Below are positions 28,340-36,846 of a stretch of DNA of 43,639 bases, piece after piece. The translations under genes and the position numbers were made by a program. Below the pieces are notes generated by a model. That model had not been told where the DNA came from, searched no databases, and was given only the letters and a program-made list of their open reading frames with translations. Numbering within the stretch: position 1 is the stretch's first letter; every line of letters begins with the position of its first letter. Source of the DNA: Propionicimonas sp. (GTDB lineage Bacteria > Actinomycetota > Actinomycetes > Propionibacteriales > Propionibacteriaceae); NCBI GenBank assembly GCA_035433085.1, contig DAORUI010000001.1:11249-54887 (forward strand). The letters run 5' to 3'.

Positions 28340-29254
28340 ATGATTCCTCGAACCGAGTTGCCCGAAGCCCTGATGCAGTTGGCCCTGATGCAGGCGGGCG
28401 CCCTCTCGCGCGAACAAGTACTGGCCTTCGGCATCACAGATCGCGTCATTGACCGGCTGGTGGCCCAGGGCACCTGGCGTCGCGTGACCCGCGGAATCCT
28501 CGCGGCGAGCGAGGAGTCCTGGCTACAGCTGGCTTGGGCAGGGCTCCTGCTCGGCGGTCCGAAGGCGATCCTCGGCGAGCAGTCGGCTGGATACCTGCAT
28601 GGGATCGAGCGACACCCGCCCGAACAGGTGGTGGTCTTCATCGGCCGGGATGGACGGGTTGCCCGCGACGATCGATGGCGGTTCGTGCGCTCCGACCGCT
28701 TGGGGATAAGGGAGCCCGCTAGAACGCGCCTGCCCGAAACCGTGGTCGACATCGCCCGCTCCCTGACCGAGGACGAGATGACGTCGATGCTGGCGGAGGT
28801 GATCGGCTCAGGACGAGTTCGGCCCGAAGACATCCTCCGGGTGGCTCACGCGACGGCGCGCCTACCCCACCGAAAGCTCTTCAACGACGTCCTGAGTGAC
28901 GTCGCCGAGGGGGTCGACAGTCCGCTGGAGCTCCGCTACCTGCGAACCGTCGAGCGGGCGCACGCGCTCCCGCGGGCCGAACGCCGCCGCCGTCCGGCGC
29001 AGCGCTTCCGGACCGACGCCTGGTATCGGGAGTACGGGGTGATCGTCGAACTCGATGGTGACGCTTACCACCGCGGAGTCGCTCGGTCGACGGACATGAC
29101 CAGAGACAATCTGCACCAGCTGAACGGCATGACCACTCTGAGGTTCACCTGGACCCACATCGTCGGCAATCCGTGCGGCGCAGCCGAGCAGGTGGCTGCC
29201 ATGCTGACGGCCCGCGGCTGGTCAGGGGGCCTTCAATCCTGCCCACGGTGCTAA
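28340..29254 (+). CDS. AbiEi-like N-terminal HTH fused to a DUF559/Vsr-like nuclease domain
   Basis: QAGALSREQV...G.W.RVTRG, SAGYLHG, TVVDIAR, DSPLE, DAWY...IVELDGDAYH, RDN, TLRFTW, C-terminal C...CPRC. Confidence 0.8.
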   Translation: MIPRTELPEALMQLALMQAGALSREQVLAFGITDRVIDRLVAQGTWRRVTRGILAASEESWLQLAWAGLLLGGPKAILGEQSAGYLHGIERHPPEQVVVFIGRDGRVARDDRWRFVRSDRLGIREPARTRLPETVVDIARSLTEDEMTSMLAEVIGSGRVRPEDILRVAHATARLPHRKLFNDVLSDVAEGVDSPLELRYLRTVERAHALPRAERRRRPAQRFRTDAWYREYGVIVELDGDAYHRGVARSTDMTRDNLHQLNGMTTLRFTWTHIVGNPCGAAEQVAAMLTARGWSGGLQSCPRC

Positions 29255-29296
29255 TGCGGAGGATTGTCCACCGTAGTCGGTGGACAATCCTCCGCA
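29250..29296. repeat. Palindrome (19-bp perfect arms); right flank of the nuclease gene
   Basis: TGCGGAGGATTGTCCACCG-TAGT-CGGTGGACAATCCTCCGCA (29255-29296); 29250-29295 matches 28234-28279 at 44/46. Confidence 0.92.
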
Positions 29297-29300
29297 CTGA

Positions 29301-30551
29301 TCAGACGCCGACCCCGGCGAAATGCGCGGCCAGCGCGTCAGCCAGCCACTTCGGGTCGTGGACGCCGCACAATTCGCGGGCCGAGTGCATGCTGAGCAGC
29401 GGAATCCCGACATCGACGCTCTCGATGCCGAGCCGGGTCGCGGTCAGCGGGCCGATCGTCGATCCGCACGGCACCGAGTTGTTCGACACGAACGGCTGCG
29501 TGGGCACCCCCGCCGCACGACAGATGCGCAACCAGCGTGCCGTCGAAGGCCCCTCCGTCGTGTAGCGCTGGTTGGCGTTCACCTTCAGCAGCGGGCCCGC
29601 GTTCACGATCGGACGATGGTCGGGATCATGCAGTTGCGGATAGTTCGGGTGGAGCGCGTGCCCCGCATCCGCGGAGACCACGAACGACGCTACGAAAGCC
29701 CGCGCAAGCTCGTCGCCCGTCCAGCCCAGCGAGCCTGCGATCCGGCGCAGCACGCTCTCCAGGAACGGTCCGGACGCGCCGCTGCGCGTCGAGCTGCCGA
29801 TCTCTTCGTGGTCGAAACAAGCCAGCACCTGGATCTGGTCGGACGCGTCCGCGGCCAGCAGAGCGGTCAGGCCGGCATGCACGCTGGACAGATTGTCCAG
29901 CCGTGGGGACGCGAAGAACTCCCCCACCACGCCGATCACGGCCGGCGCCTCGGTGACCGCGGCGAACAGATCGTGACCGTCGATCTCGTCGCGGTGCAGG
30001 TCGAGCAGGCCGGCGACCGCCGACAGGAGGTCCATAGACGCCGTTCCGAACACCGGCTTGAGGTGAACCTGCTTGTCCAGGCGCAGGCTCTCGTTCACGC
30101 TGCGATCGAGGTGCGGAGCCACCTGCGGAATGCGCAGCCAGGCCGGGGTCGAGACAAGGTGGACGGTGCCGTCGCTGGTGACCACCCGTCCGGCCAGACC
30201 GAACTCGCGGTCGAGCCACGAGTTGAGCAGGGGCCCGCCGTAGACCTCCATACCCGCTTGCGACCATCCGAATGCGTACGCCGACGGCTCCGGCTTGAGC
30301 TTGAAACCGGGCGAGTCGGTGTGCGCACCGACGATCCGGAACCCGACCGGCCCGGACGCGGAGGCGCTTGCGGACCGCCACGCGATGATCGCACCGTCGC
30401 GCACGACGTAGCGGTTGCCGGCCGGCCGCCATGGGTCGGCCTCGGACTGTTCGGTGAAGCCGGCCTCCCTCAACCGCCGTGCGACCTCGGCGGCGGCATG
30501 GTAACTGGACGGAGACGCGGAGACGAAGGCGGCCAGGTCATCGATGAACAT
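29301..30551 (-). CDS. apeB: M18 family aminopeptidase
   Basis: SPSSYHA, GAHTDSP, RLDNLSS, FDHEEIGS, SADAGHALHPNY, LSMHSARE. Confidence 0.93.
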   Translation of the reverse strand: MFIDDLAAFVSASPSSYHAAAEVARRLREAGFTEQSEADPWRPAGNRYVVRDGAIIAWRSASASASGPVGFRIVGAHTDSPGFKLKPEPSAYAFGWSQAGMEVYGGPLLNSWLDREFGLAGRVVTSDGTVHLVSTPAWLRIPQVAPHLDRSVNESLRLDKQVHLKPVFGTASMDLLSAVAGLLDLHRDEIDGHDLFAAVTEAPAVIGVVGEFFASPRLDNLSSVHAGLTALLAADASDQIQVLACFDHEEIGSSTRSGASGPFLESVLRRIAGSLGWTGDELARAFVASFVVSADAGHALHPNYPQLHDPDHRPIVNAGPLLKVNANQRYTTEGPSTARWLRICRAAGVPTQPFVSNNSVPCGSTIGPLTATRLGIESVDVGIPLLSMHSARELCGVHDPKWLADALAAHFAGVGV

Positions 30552-30588
30552 GCGCCCAAGTCTGCACCCTTGCCGTGTCGAGCTTGAG

Positions 30589-30626
30589 TGTGGCTGAGCA
30601 CACCGCAGACGGTGCACTCAGCCGCA
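30589..30626. repeat. Imperfect palindrome with CACCG-N4-CGGTG apex between divergent apeB and rmuC
   Basis: TGTGGCTGAGCACACCG-CAGA-CGGTGCACTCAGCCGCA. Confidence 0.65.
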
Positions 30627-30709
30627 GCCAAGCCGAGTTCGGGGACGTTTGCGCGCCCGGTGCGTGGCGGTTGGCCGAACTGTCAGTGGCGGCGGGCAAG
30701 ATCAATGCC

Positions 30710-32224
30710 ATGGAGCTGTTGGGTTGGTTCGTGGTCGGGATCGCGCTTGGCGCGGTGGTCGCCTGGCTGGTGTTGCGCGCGGGAACCGGACGGACGGATG
30801 CGGAGGGTGTCGCCGAGACCGAGCGGCTGCGCTCGGAGGCTGAGCGGGCTCGGGCCGAGACCGCGCAGGCCCGGACCGACGCCACCCGCGTGGCCCTCGA
30901 GGTGGCGGTCGCCCAGAGCGAGACAGCCGACGCGCGCACCGAGCGAGCAGAGGCCCTTGCTCTGCTCGCGGCAGCCCGTGCGCAGGCGGCTACCGCGGAG
31001 GCCGAGCGGCACGCTGCGGTGCAGCGCGCCGAGGAGATCGCTGCCGATCGCGAACAGCTGACCAACCAGTTCAAGGCGCTGTCGGCCGAGACCATCCAGC
31101 ACCAGACCCGGCAGCTCAACGAGAGTGCCGACCAGCGCCAGAAGGCCACCGACCTCATGCTGACGCCGGTGAAGGAGAGCCTGCAGCGGTTCAACGACCG
31201 CCTCATCGAGGTCGAGAAGGAGCGCGTGGTGATGGCCACCGACCTGCGCAACCAGGTCGACGCCGTCCGGCTCACTGGCGACACGCTTCGCCGCGAGACG
31301 GCCGCTCTGGTCACCGCGTTGCGGAAGCCCCAGGTTCGCGGTGCGTGGGGCGAGTTGCAGCTCAAGCGCGTGGTGGAACTGGCCGGTATGGTCGAGCACT
31401 GCGATTTCGTGCTGCAGGAGACCAGCCACACCTCATCGGGGGCGACCATCCGTCCCGACCTGAAGGTGATGTTGACCGACGGACGGTTCATCTACGTCGA
31501 CTCCAAGGTGCCGCTGAGCGCCTTCCTCGACGCCCACGACGCGTCCGCTGAAGCCGACCGGACGCGGCTGCTGCGGCAGTTCGCCAAGAACGTCCAGACC
31601 CACGTCGACCAGCTGTCGAAGAAGGACTACTACAAAGCCGACGGTGGCTCCACGCCCGAGTACGTGGTGCTCTTCCTGGCGAGCGAGGCGCTGGCTGCGG
31701 AGGCGTACAACCAACTGCCGTCACTGCTGGAATACGCGGCTGAGCGGGGCATCATGCTGGCCACGCCGAGCTCGCTGATCGCCACCCTCAAGACGGCGGC
31801 GTTCACCTGGAAGCAGGTCGCCCTGGCTGAATCGGCCAAGCAGGTGTTCGACCTGGGCAGGGAGCTGTACGACCGGCTCGGCATTCTCGGCAAGCACTTC
31901 GACAAGGTCGGACGCTCGCTGACCAGCGCGGTGGGCGCCTACAACGAGGCCGTCGGCTCGATCGAGGGACGCGTGTTCCCCACCGCCCGGAAGCTGCGCG
32001 AGCTGAAGGTGACCGACAAGGAGCTCCCGGTGGTCTCCGCCTCCGAGGTCGCCGTGCGCCCGCTGACCAGCATCGAACTCGTCGAGGACGCCGCCGGGGT
32101 AGCACCGATGATCGGGCGCGCCCGGGCGGAGGAGCTTTCGCTCACCCGACAGCAGCCGCCGTTGGACGAGCTGCTGGCCAATGAGGCTCCAACTTCAAGC
32201 ACGGCGGAGGCCAGGACCGCCTGA
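30710..32224 (+). CDS. rmuC: DNA recombination protein RmuC
   Basis: N-terminal TM and coiled coil, RGAWGELQL, RPD, VDSKVPL, ATPSSL. Confidence 0.93.
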   Translation: MELLGWFVVGIALGAVVAWLVLRAGTGRTDAEGVAETERLRSEAERARAETAQARTDATRVALEVAVAQSETADARTERAEALALLAAARAQAATAEAERHAAVQRAEEIAADREQLTNQFKALSAETIQHQTRQLNESADQRQKATDLMLTPVKESLQRFNDRLIEVEKERVVMATDLRNQVDAVRLTGDTLRRETAALVTALRKPQVRGAWGELQLKRVVELAGMVEHCDFVLQETSHTSSGATIRPDLKVMLTDGRFIYVDSKVPLSAFLDAHDASAEADRTRLLRQFAKNVQTHVDQLSKKDYYKADGGSTPEYVVLFLASEALAAEAYNQLPSLLEYAAERGIMLATPSSLIATLKTAAFTWKQVALAESAKQVFDLGRELYDRLGILGKHFDKVGRSLTSAVGAYNEAVGSIEGRVFPTARKLRELKVTDKELPVVSASEVAVRPLTSIELVEDAAGVAPMIGRARAEELSLTRQQPPLDELLANEAPTSSTAEARTA

Positions 32225-32251
32225 TCAGTGCCGCGGTGCCACAATGAGCCC

Positions 32252-33493
32252 GTGACGATCGATGCCCAGGCAGTGGACGCGGCCGCGCAGCGACTGGCGG
32301 CCGTGATCACTCGCACGCCGCTTCAGTTGAACGAGCGGCTCAGCGCGGCCACCGGTGCCTCCGTCTGGCTGAAGCGGGAGGACCTGCAACCCGTCCGCTC
32401 GTACAAGATTCGCGGCGCCTACAACCTGGTCGCGCAGCTGCACGAGGACGAGCGACGAGCCGGCGTGATCTGCGCGAGCGCAGGCAACCACGCCCAAGGC
32501 GTGGCGTTCGCCTGCGCTCGGCTCGGCATCCATGGGCGGATCTTCGTCCCGGCGACCACCCCCCGGCAGAAGCGCGAGCGGATCGTGGCGATCGGTGAGG
32601 GCAGCATCGATCTGGTGGTCACCGGCGACAGCTACGACGACGCCGCGGCGGCCTCCCTGGCCGAAGCCTCGCAGACCGGCGCTTCGGTCGTCCCTGCGTT
32701 CGACCATCCCCACACGATCGCCGGGCAGGGCACCGTGGCCAAGGAGATCGTCGAGCAGTTCGGCCACGCTCCCGACGTGCTTGTCGCCCCGGTCGGCGGC
32801 GGCGGCATGATCTCCGGTTGCCTGGCCTACCTCGCCGAACGACATCCCGGGACAAAAGTGATCGGTGCCGAGCCGGCCGGTGCCGCGTCCATGTCGGCAG
32901 CGTTGCGGGCCGGCAAGCCGGTGCCGCTCGACCGGATGGATACCTTCGTGGACGGAGCCGCCGTCCGCAAGGTCGGCGACCTGACCTTTGCGCACGTGCA
33001 GCGATTCGCACCCCGTCTGGTGGCAGTGCCAGAGGGCCGGATCTGCTCGGAGATGCTGGCTCTCTACCAGACCGAAGGCATCGTGACAGAACCTGCGGGA
33101 GCCCTCGCCGCGGCGGCGCTTGGCCTCTACCAGCCCGAGGTTGGCCAGAATGTAGTTGTGCTGATCTCGGGCGGCAACAACGACGTCTCTCGATACTCCG
33201 AGATCGTCGAACGCTCGCTGGTCTACGAGGGCCGCAAGCACTACTTCCTGGTGAACTTCCCGCAGGAACCCGGTGCGCTGCGGCGCTTCCTGGACGAAGT
33301 TCTGGGGCCGGATGACGACATCACGCTCTTCGAGTATGTGAAGCGCAGCAACCGCGAGACCGGCCCGGCCCTGGTGGGCATCGAGCTGGGCGACCCGGAC
33401 TCGTTCGCCGACCTCCTGCTGAAGATGGACGCCAGTCCCATCACCTTCGAGGTGGTCGCCGCCGACAGCCCGTTCTATCGCTTCCTGGTCTAG
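32252..33493 (+). CDS. ilvA: Threonine ammonia-lyase (biosynthetic, short form)
   Basis: KREDLQPVRSYKIRGAYN, ASAGNHAQG, PVGGGG, SGGNND, ACT-like FPQEPGALRRF. Confidence 0.95.
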   Translation: MTIDAQAVDAAAQRLAAVITRTPLQLNERLSAATGASVWLKREDLQPVRSYKIRGAYNLVAQLHEDERRAGVICASAGNHAQGVAFACARLGIHGRIFVPATTPRQKRERIVAIGEGSIDLVVTGDSYDDAAAASLAEASQTGASVVPAFDHPHTIAGQGTVAKEIVEQFGHAPDVLVAPVGGGGMISGCLAYLAERHPGTKVIGAEPAGAASMSAALRAGKPVPLDRMDTFVDGAAVRKVGDLTFAHVQRFAPRLVAVPEGRICSEMLALYQTEGIVTEPAGALAAAALGLYQPEVGQNVVVLISGGNNDVSRYSEIVERSLVYEGRKHYFLVNFPQEPGALRRFLDEVLGPDDDITLFEYVKRSNRETGPALVGIELGDPDSFADLLLKMDASPITFEVVAADSPFYRFLV

Positions 33494-33516
33494 GCGCCGT
33501 CGGCGGTGGTTGGGTC

Positions 33517-34380
33517 TCACACGAGCAGAAGGAGAGTGCCTCCGACGAGGAGAATCAGGCCGATGCTCGCCCGTCGACTCAGCCGCTCACCGAGAACCAG
33601 AGCAGAGAAGGCGACCGTGAACAGGATGCTCAGCTTGTCGATTGGCACCACGACGCTCGCCGGACCTTCCTGGAGCGCGCGGAAGAAGCACAACCAGGAC
33701 GCGGCCGTGGCCAGCCCGGAGAGGACGATGAACCACAGATCGCGGCGCGACATCGCCGGCAATCCCGGAATCGCACCAGACACGCCGGCCACCAGCCAGG
33801 CCATGACCAACACGACACTCGTCCGGATCGCCGTCCCCAGGTTGGATTCGACTCCGACGATTCCCACCTTGGCGAGGATCGTCGTCAGACTCGCGAACCC
33901 CGCGGAGGCAATCGCGTAGGCCAGCCACCCGCGACCTCTGGCACCCACCACTCCAGTCAGCTGCCGGGAGACCATCAACCAGGTGCCGAAGCCAAGAACG
34001 GCAAGTCCAAGCAACCGGGTGGGCAGGCTGTCGGTCTCACCGAGGAGCAGCATGCCGAACAAGCCCGTCATTGCCACGCTGGAACGGTCGACCGGCACCA
34101 CAACGTTCACGTCAGCAAGCTGTAGTGCCCGGAAGTAGCACAGCCAGGACGCGCCGGTGGTTAGGCCTGAAAGCACCAGGAACCAGATTGTGGTGGCGTC
34201 CACAGTGGCCAGCTGCCCAGCCGAACCCACCATCAGAACCATCAGCCAGGAGGCTACGAACACAACAACGGTCCGCAGCGCCGTGACCAGGTTCGAGTCG
34301 GCGTGCCGTACCCCGATCTTGGCCAGGATCGATGTCAGACCCGCGAATGCGGCTGAAGCGACGGCGAACGCGATCCACAT
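33517..34380 (-). CDS. EamA/DMT family transporter
   Basis: Two EamA repeats (LTSILAKIG...SGLTTGASWLCYFRALQ...VVVPVDR). Confidence 0.9.
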   Translation of the reverse strand: MWIAFAVASAAFAGLTSILAKIGVRHADSNLVTALRTVVVFVASWLMVLMVGSAGQLATVDATTIWFLVLSGLTTGASWLCYFRALQLADVNVVVPVDRSSVAMTGLFGMLLLGETDSLPTRLLGLAVLGFGTWLMVSRQLTGVVGARGRGWLAYAIASAGFASLTTILAKVGIVGVESNLGTAIRTSVVLVMAWLVAGVSGAIPGLPAMSRRDLWFIVLSGLATAASWLCFFRALQEGPASVVVPIDKLSILFTVAFSALVLGERLSRRASIGLILLVGGTLLLLV

Positions 34381-34459
34381 TTCATGGCCTCCCGCCCTTA
34401 CCAGCCATCAAGCTACGCCAACACCTGCCGTTGGTGTGGTCGAGCCGGAGCACTTCGTC

Positions 34460-34505
34460 TGGTCGGGCTTGTCGAGACCCCGCGAGGTCTCGACAAGCCC
34501 GACCA
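34460..34505. repeat. Inverted REP doublet, probable terminator of the ABC operon
   Basis: TGGTCGGGCTTGTCGAGACC-N6-GGTCTCGACAAGCCCGACCA, perfect 20-bp arms, 14 bp past the SBP stop. Confidence 0.85.
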
Positions 34506-34519
34506 ACCGAAACTCCGGA

Positions 34520-35446
34520 TCAGGCCAGGCCACCGGCCTTCAGCCACTCGGCGGCAACGTCGGCGGCGTCCGCCTTGTCGACCACGACCTTGGTCACCAA
34601 CGTTGCCAGAGTGTCGGTGTCGAGTTTGGCCGAGACCGCGTTCAGGGCAGCGGACACCTCAGGGGTCGCCTTCGCCTTGGTCAGAACCGGGATGACGTTC
34701 TGGGCTCCGAAGAAGCTCTTGGTGTCCTCCAGGGCGACGAAGTCGTTGGCCTTGATCGCCGGGTCGGTGGTGAACAGGTTGGCCGCCTGCACCTGGCCGT
34801 TCTTCAGCGCCTGAACGGTCAGCGGGCCGGCCACGTCCAGCGGCTTGAACTCCTTGAACTTCAGACCGTAGGTCTTCTCCAGGCCCGGGATGCCGGCAGC
34901 GCGTTCCTTCCACTCCGGCGGGCCACCCAGGACCAGCTCGCCGGCGACGGGCACCAGGTCGTCGATGGTCTTCAGCGAGTACTTGTCCGCAGTGGCCCTG
35001 GTGACGGTGATCGAGTCCTTGTCCTGCGCACTGGACGGTTCCAAGGCGGTCAGGTTCTCCGGCAGCGCCGCCTTCAGGGACGCCAGCGCGGCGGCCTCGT
35101 TCGAGGTGTCGGAATCCTTGTTGAGGTAGGACGCGAACGCCCCGGTGTACTCGGGGATCAGGTCGATCTCGCCCGCTTTCAGCGCGGGCACATAGGTCTC
35201 GCGCGACGCGATGTTCAGCTTCGTCGAAACCTCGACGCCCTTAGCCTTGAGCGCCCCTGCGTAGATCTCGGCGAGCAGTTCGCTTTCGGGGAAGTTCGCC
35301 GAACCGACGACGATCGCCGGCTGCGCAGCGCTCTCGGAGGCTGGCGCCGAAGTGGCCGGCGCGCTCGCCAGTGGGTTCGCCGATGCGCATGCGGCCAGGG
35401 TTATCGCCGCCAGTGCTGTCGCGAAAGTGGTGGTCAGTTTCTTCAT
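34520..35446 (-). CDS. OpuAC/OsmF-type ABC substrate-binding lipoprotein
   Basis: Lipobox LAAC; VGSANFPESELLAEIY, GEIDLIPEYTG, FTTD, LEDTK. Confidence 0.9.
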   Translation of the reverse strand: MKKLTTTFATALAAITLAACASANPLASAPATSAPASESAAQPAIVVGSANFPESELLAEIYAGALKAKGVEVSTKLNIASRETYVPALKAGEIDLIPEYTGAFASYLNKDSDTSNEAAALASLKAALPENLTALEPSSAQDKDSITVTRATADKYSLKTIDDLVPVAGELVLGGPPEWKERAAGIPGLEKTYGLKFKEFKPLDVAGPLTVQALKNGQVQAANLFTTDPAIKANDFVALEDTKSFFGAQNVIPVLTKAKATPEVSAALNAVSAKLDTDTLATLVTKVVVDKADAADVAAEWLKAGGLA

Positions 35447-35473
35447 CAGGTTGTCCTTCGTTCAGGTCTTTGG

Positions 35474-36205
35474 TCAGGTTGTGACAGGTATGGGTTGGAG
35501 CGATGGCCGCCGACATCGCCCGGTGGCCCTGGGCGCGCTCAGTCCAGGTGAGACCACCAGTCGTTGTACCCCGGCGAAGGCCAGATCAACCGCTACCGCG
35601 AGCACGGCCACGAGCAGGGCGCCGCCGGCCATCTCGCCGTAGTCGCGATATGCCTGGCCGTCGATGAGGAATCGGCCCAGCCCACCCACGCTCACCGAGG
35701 CCGCGATGGTGGCCGTCGCCACCACTTGGAGCGCTGCGGAGCGCAGACCACTGAACAACAGCGGCAGCGCGCAGGGTATCTCCACGTTGAAGAGCAACTG
35801 TCGCCGGCTCATCCCCATTCCCCGGGCAGCATCACGGGCGGACGGATCGACGCTCTCCACTCCGGCGTAGGCACCGGCAAGGATCGGCGGAATCGCCAGG
35901 ATCACCAGGACGAAGATCGCCGGCGCGAGAAAGGCGATGTTGCCCGCGAGCAGCGGCCCGGCTACCAGGACGGCCACGAACAGCAGCCCGAGTGTGGGCA
36001 CGGAACGCATCCCGTTGACCAGGTTCACCACCACGACCCGGCCCTTGCCGGTGTGCCCGATCCACAGCCCCAGCGGAATCGCCACGATCGCGGCGAGCAC
36101 CAGGGTGATCGCGCTGTACAGAAGGTGTTCGCCGATCCGGGCGGGGATGCCGTCCGAGCCCTGCCAATTGGCGGGGTCGGCCAACCACTCCCAGAGAAGG
36201 TTCAT
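35474..36205 (-). CDS. Quaternary-amine-type ABC permease
   Basis: RSVPTLGLL, DAARGMGMS, VEIPCALP, GGLGRF. Confidence 0.9.
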   Translation of the reverse strand: MNLLWEWLADPANWQGSDGIPARIGEHLLYSAITLVLAAIVAIPLGLWIGHTGKGRVVVVNLVNGMRSVPTLGLLFVAVLVAGPLLAGNIAFLAPAIFVLVILAIPPILAGAYAGVESVDPSARDAARGMGMSRRQLLFNVEIPCALPLLFSGLRSAALQVVATATIAASVSVGGLGRFLIDGQAYRDYGEMAGGALLVAVLAVAVDLAFAGVQRLVVSPGLSAPRATGRCRRPSLQPIPVTT

Positions 36206-36846
36206 GCCGCCCGCCCCGCTCGCAGCCAGGGCGTGAGCAGCCTGGTCAGCCCGTGGATCGCCAGGTCGAGCGCCACGGCGAGCAGCATGCAGGCAATGAT
36301 CCCGACGATGATCGGGTCGAGGAAGTTGCGGGCGAAGCCGTCAGTGAACAGCGAGCCCAACTGGGCGATGCCGAGCAATGCGGCCACCGAGACGATCGAC
36401 ACGTTGCTCACCGCGGCCACCCGCAGCCCGGCCGCGATCACCGGCACGGCCAGCGGCAGTTCGACGGCGAAGAACCGGCGGACGCGGCCGATGCCCATCG
36501 CGGTCGCAGCCTGGGTGACCTCATCGGGGACGGCCGCGAGCCCGTCCGCCACCGTGCGGACGAGGAGCGCGACGGTGTAGATCGTCAGCGCGACCACGAC
36601 GTTCAGCGGGTCGAGGATTCCGGTCCCCAGTACCAGCGGCATCAGGATGAACAGCGCCAGGGACGGGATCGTGTAAAGCAGCCCCGTGCCCGCGATCAGC
36701 GGCGTGCGGATCAGCCGGTAGCGCCGGGCGAGCCAGCCCAGTGGAATCGCCAATGCCAGGCCGATCACCAGCGGGATCACAGCCAGCACCGCGTGGGTGA
36801 TCAGGAGCGAAGCCACCTCATCGACGTGGTCGAGGAACCACTTCAT
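36202..36846 (-). CDS. Quaternary-amine-type ABC permease
   Basis: YTIPSLALF, AATAMG, VELPLAVPVIAAGLR. Confidence 0.9.
   Translation of the reverse strand: MKWFLDHVDEVASLLITHAVLAVIPLVIGLALAIPLGWLARRYRLIRTPLIAGTGLLYTIPSLALFILMPLVLGTGILDPLNVVVALTIYTVALLVRTVADGLAAVPDEVTQAATAMGIGRVRRFFAVELPLAVPVIAAGLRVAAVSNVSIVSVAALLGIAQLGSLFTDGFARNFLDPIIVGIIACMLLAVALDLAIHGLTRLLTPWLRAGRAA

Noticed and set aside
28340-29254. Type IV toxin-antitoxin (AbiE) operon
   Set aside because: There is no adjacent AbiEii nucleotidyltransferase; the gene is solitary and carries a C-terminal nuclease domain.
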